Of a DNA stretch of 64,000 nucleotides, positions 63,217 through 64,000 are shown in pieces. Source of the DNA: an uncultured Ignavibacteriaceae bacterium (GTDB lineage: Bacteria > Bacteroidota > Ignavibacteria > UBA10030); assembly GCA_964534125.1 (NCBI GenBank), contig CAZHOJ010000003.1:265188-329187 (forward strand), given 5' to 3'. The position numbers were made by a program, and so were the translations under genes. Below the pieces are notes generated by a model, which saw nothing but the letters and a program-made list of their open reading frames with translations, searched no databases and was not told where the DNA came from. Positions within the stretch are counted from its first letter, which is position 1. Every line of letters starts with the position of its first letter.

Positions 63217-63900
63217 ATGAGAGCACATTCGCACACTTCCCTTGTCATTATCGTGCCGATTCTCTCCGCCTTTGTGTGCTCGGGCGGCTGCAGTGCGTCG
63301 GTCTATGTCACTCTCGACGGTTCAGGCGACTCGCTCAGCTACACGGAATTCAATGATGAGATCTCAGCAGAGAAAGTGCAGGTACGGACTACGATGTCGC
63401 GCACCATGTACGCACGAAATCTTGCTGTGACCCCTGATTCCTGCACGTGGTTCGACGGAGAGACAGGAGCACGGTTGCGCACCCCGCTATCCGACATGAA
63501 GCAGGTGACCTTCGTCGACCATTTACGGGGATTCTGGAAGGGGGTGCTCTTTGGCGGGCTTGTCGGAGCGGGCGTTGGATACATCGTGTCCCAGGTGGGG
63601 GAATGGGAAAGCGGCCGGGACAGAGAACTCGCTTCGGTCTTATTCCCGGCGATCTGGGGCACGCTTGGGGCGCTCACCGGCGGCCTTGCCGGTATCCTGA
63701 CCGGCTATGAGACCGGATATGTGATCCTTCCTTACAGTGGCGGGGCGACCGTTCTGTACCTGCATGACGGGACACGCGTCATCGGGACAGTCGAAGAGCT
63801 CGTGCCGGAGAAGCATGTCGTCATGAGGACGTGGGACGGCAAGCGCGTGGTGATAGATCATGCGCTGATCGAGAGGATTGAGATTCCTAAGAATGAGTAA
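63217..63900 (+). CDS. Lipoprotein-like protein with a glycine-zipper segment and a C-terminal SH3-like module
   Basis: N-terminus ..ILSAFVCSGGC (lipobox-like). GVLFGGLVGAGVGYIV and GTLGALTGGLAGILTG glycine zippers. The C-terminal VLYLHDGTRVIGTVEELVPEKHVVMRTWDGKRVVIDHALIERIE is homologous to the N-terminal module of the previous protein. Confidence 0.7.
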   Translation: MRAHSHTSLVIIVPILSAFVCSGGCSASVYVTLDGSGDSLSYTEFNDEISAEKVQVRTTMSRTMYARNLAVTPDSCTWFDGETGARLRTPLSDMKQVTFVDHLRGFWKGVLFGGLVGAGVGYIVSQVGEWESGRDRELASVLFPAIWGTLGALTGGLAGILTGYETGYVILPYSGGATVLYLHDGTRVIGTVEELVPEKHVVMRTWDGKRVVIDHALIERIEIPKNE

Positions 63901-64000
63901 GTGTGGGAATATCAGAAACAAGAATTGTTCGCTTTTTATTCATAATGGAATTGCCGACACTTTCTTGCATCTCATACTGTGAACGCTGACATTAGCAAAT

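Noticed and set aside
1-64000. tRNA, rRNA, tmRNA, RNase P, transposase, integrase, toxin-antitoxin or known defence-system genes.
   Set aside because: Reading both strands, I found no cloverleaf-type T-arm/anticodon-arm signatures, no rRNA-like conserved blocks, and no DDE, tyrosine or serine recombinase or nuclease/ATPase defence motifs among the credible ORFs. A covariance-model scan would be needed to exclude small RNAs formally.

Overview
This is a GC-rich (by eye) bacterial chromosome segment. It probably comes from an FCB-superphylum organism (Ignavibacteria/Chlorobi-like or a related candidate phylum). The reason is that five secreted proteins end in the T9SS C-terminal sorting signature (..[FY]PNP[FT]N[PG].. 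then a hydrophobic ..LL[RK] tail). About 55 protein genes are supportable. Most other long ORFs in the six-frame track are antisense shadow ORFs.

Main blocks:
(1) 2.4-9.8 kb: one same-strand metal cluster. It is led by a Fur-family regulator with a perfect 7-1-7 operator. It contains a CGGC protein, def, a His-rich NifX-like protein, a DUF6125-like protein, an ArsP_2-like permease, an outer-membrane barrel, two tandem ZnuA/TroA-type binding proteins and one ABC-3 permease. No ATPase is present.
(2) Scattered housekeeping genes: tsaA, ychF, a beta-CASP hydrolase, OsmC and SDRs.
(3) 24.7-32.6 kb: a partner-switching module. It has two CHASE2-like PP2C phosphatases, a truncated third copy, an RsbW-like kinase and a STAS antagonist. 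Its last gene is translationally coupled to a class III nucleotidyl cyclase rather than a sigma factor.
(4) 39.7-49 kb: two DUF1680 (GH127/146-type) enzymes, galM and a 1000-aa T9SS protein.
(5) 49.3-55.3 kb: an OMP / MacB-type ABC / LolA-like cassette. It is bracketed by a relic and an intact copy of the 5' region of a TonB-dependent receptor gene.
(6) A TonB-dependent receptor, an 894-aa T9SS protein and two small envelope proteins.

I saw no rRNA, tRNA, CRISPR, transposase or recognisable defence genes. Non-coding DNA is unusually rich in structured repeat families, including a 167-bp MITE-like element, two-hairpin elements with compensatory changes, and GC-rich palindromic modules. All functional calls come from motif recognition by eye; no searches were run.
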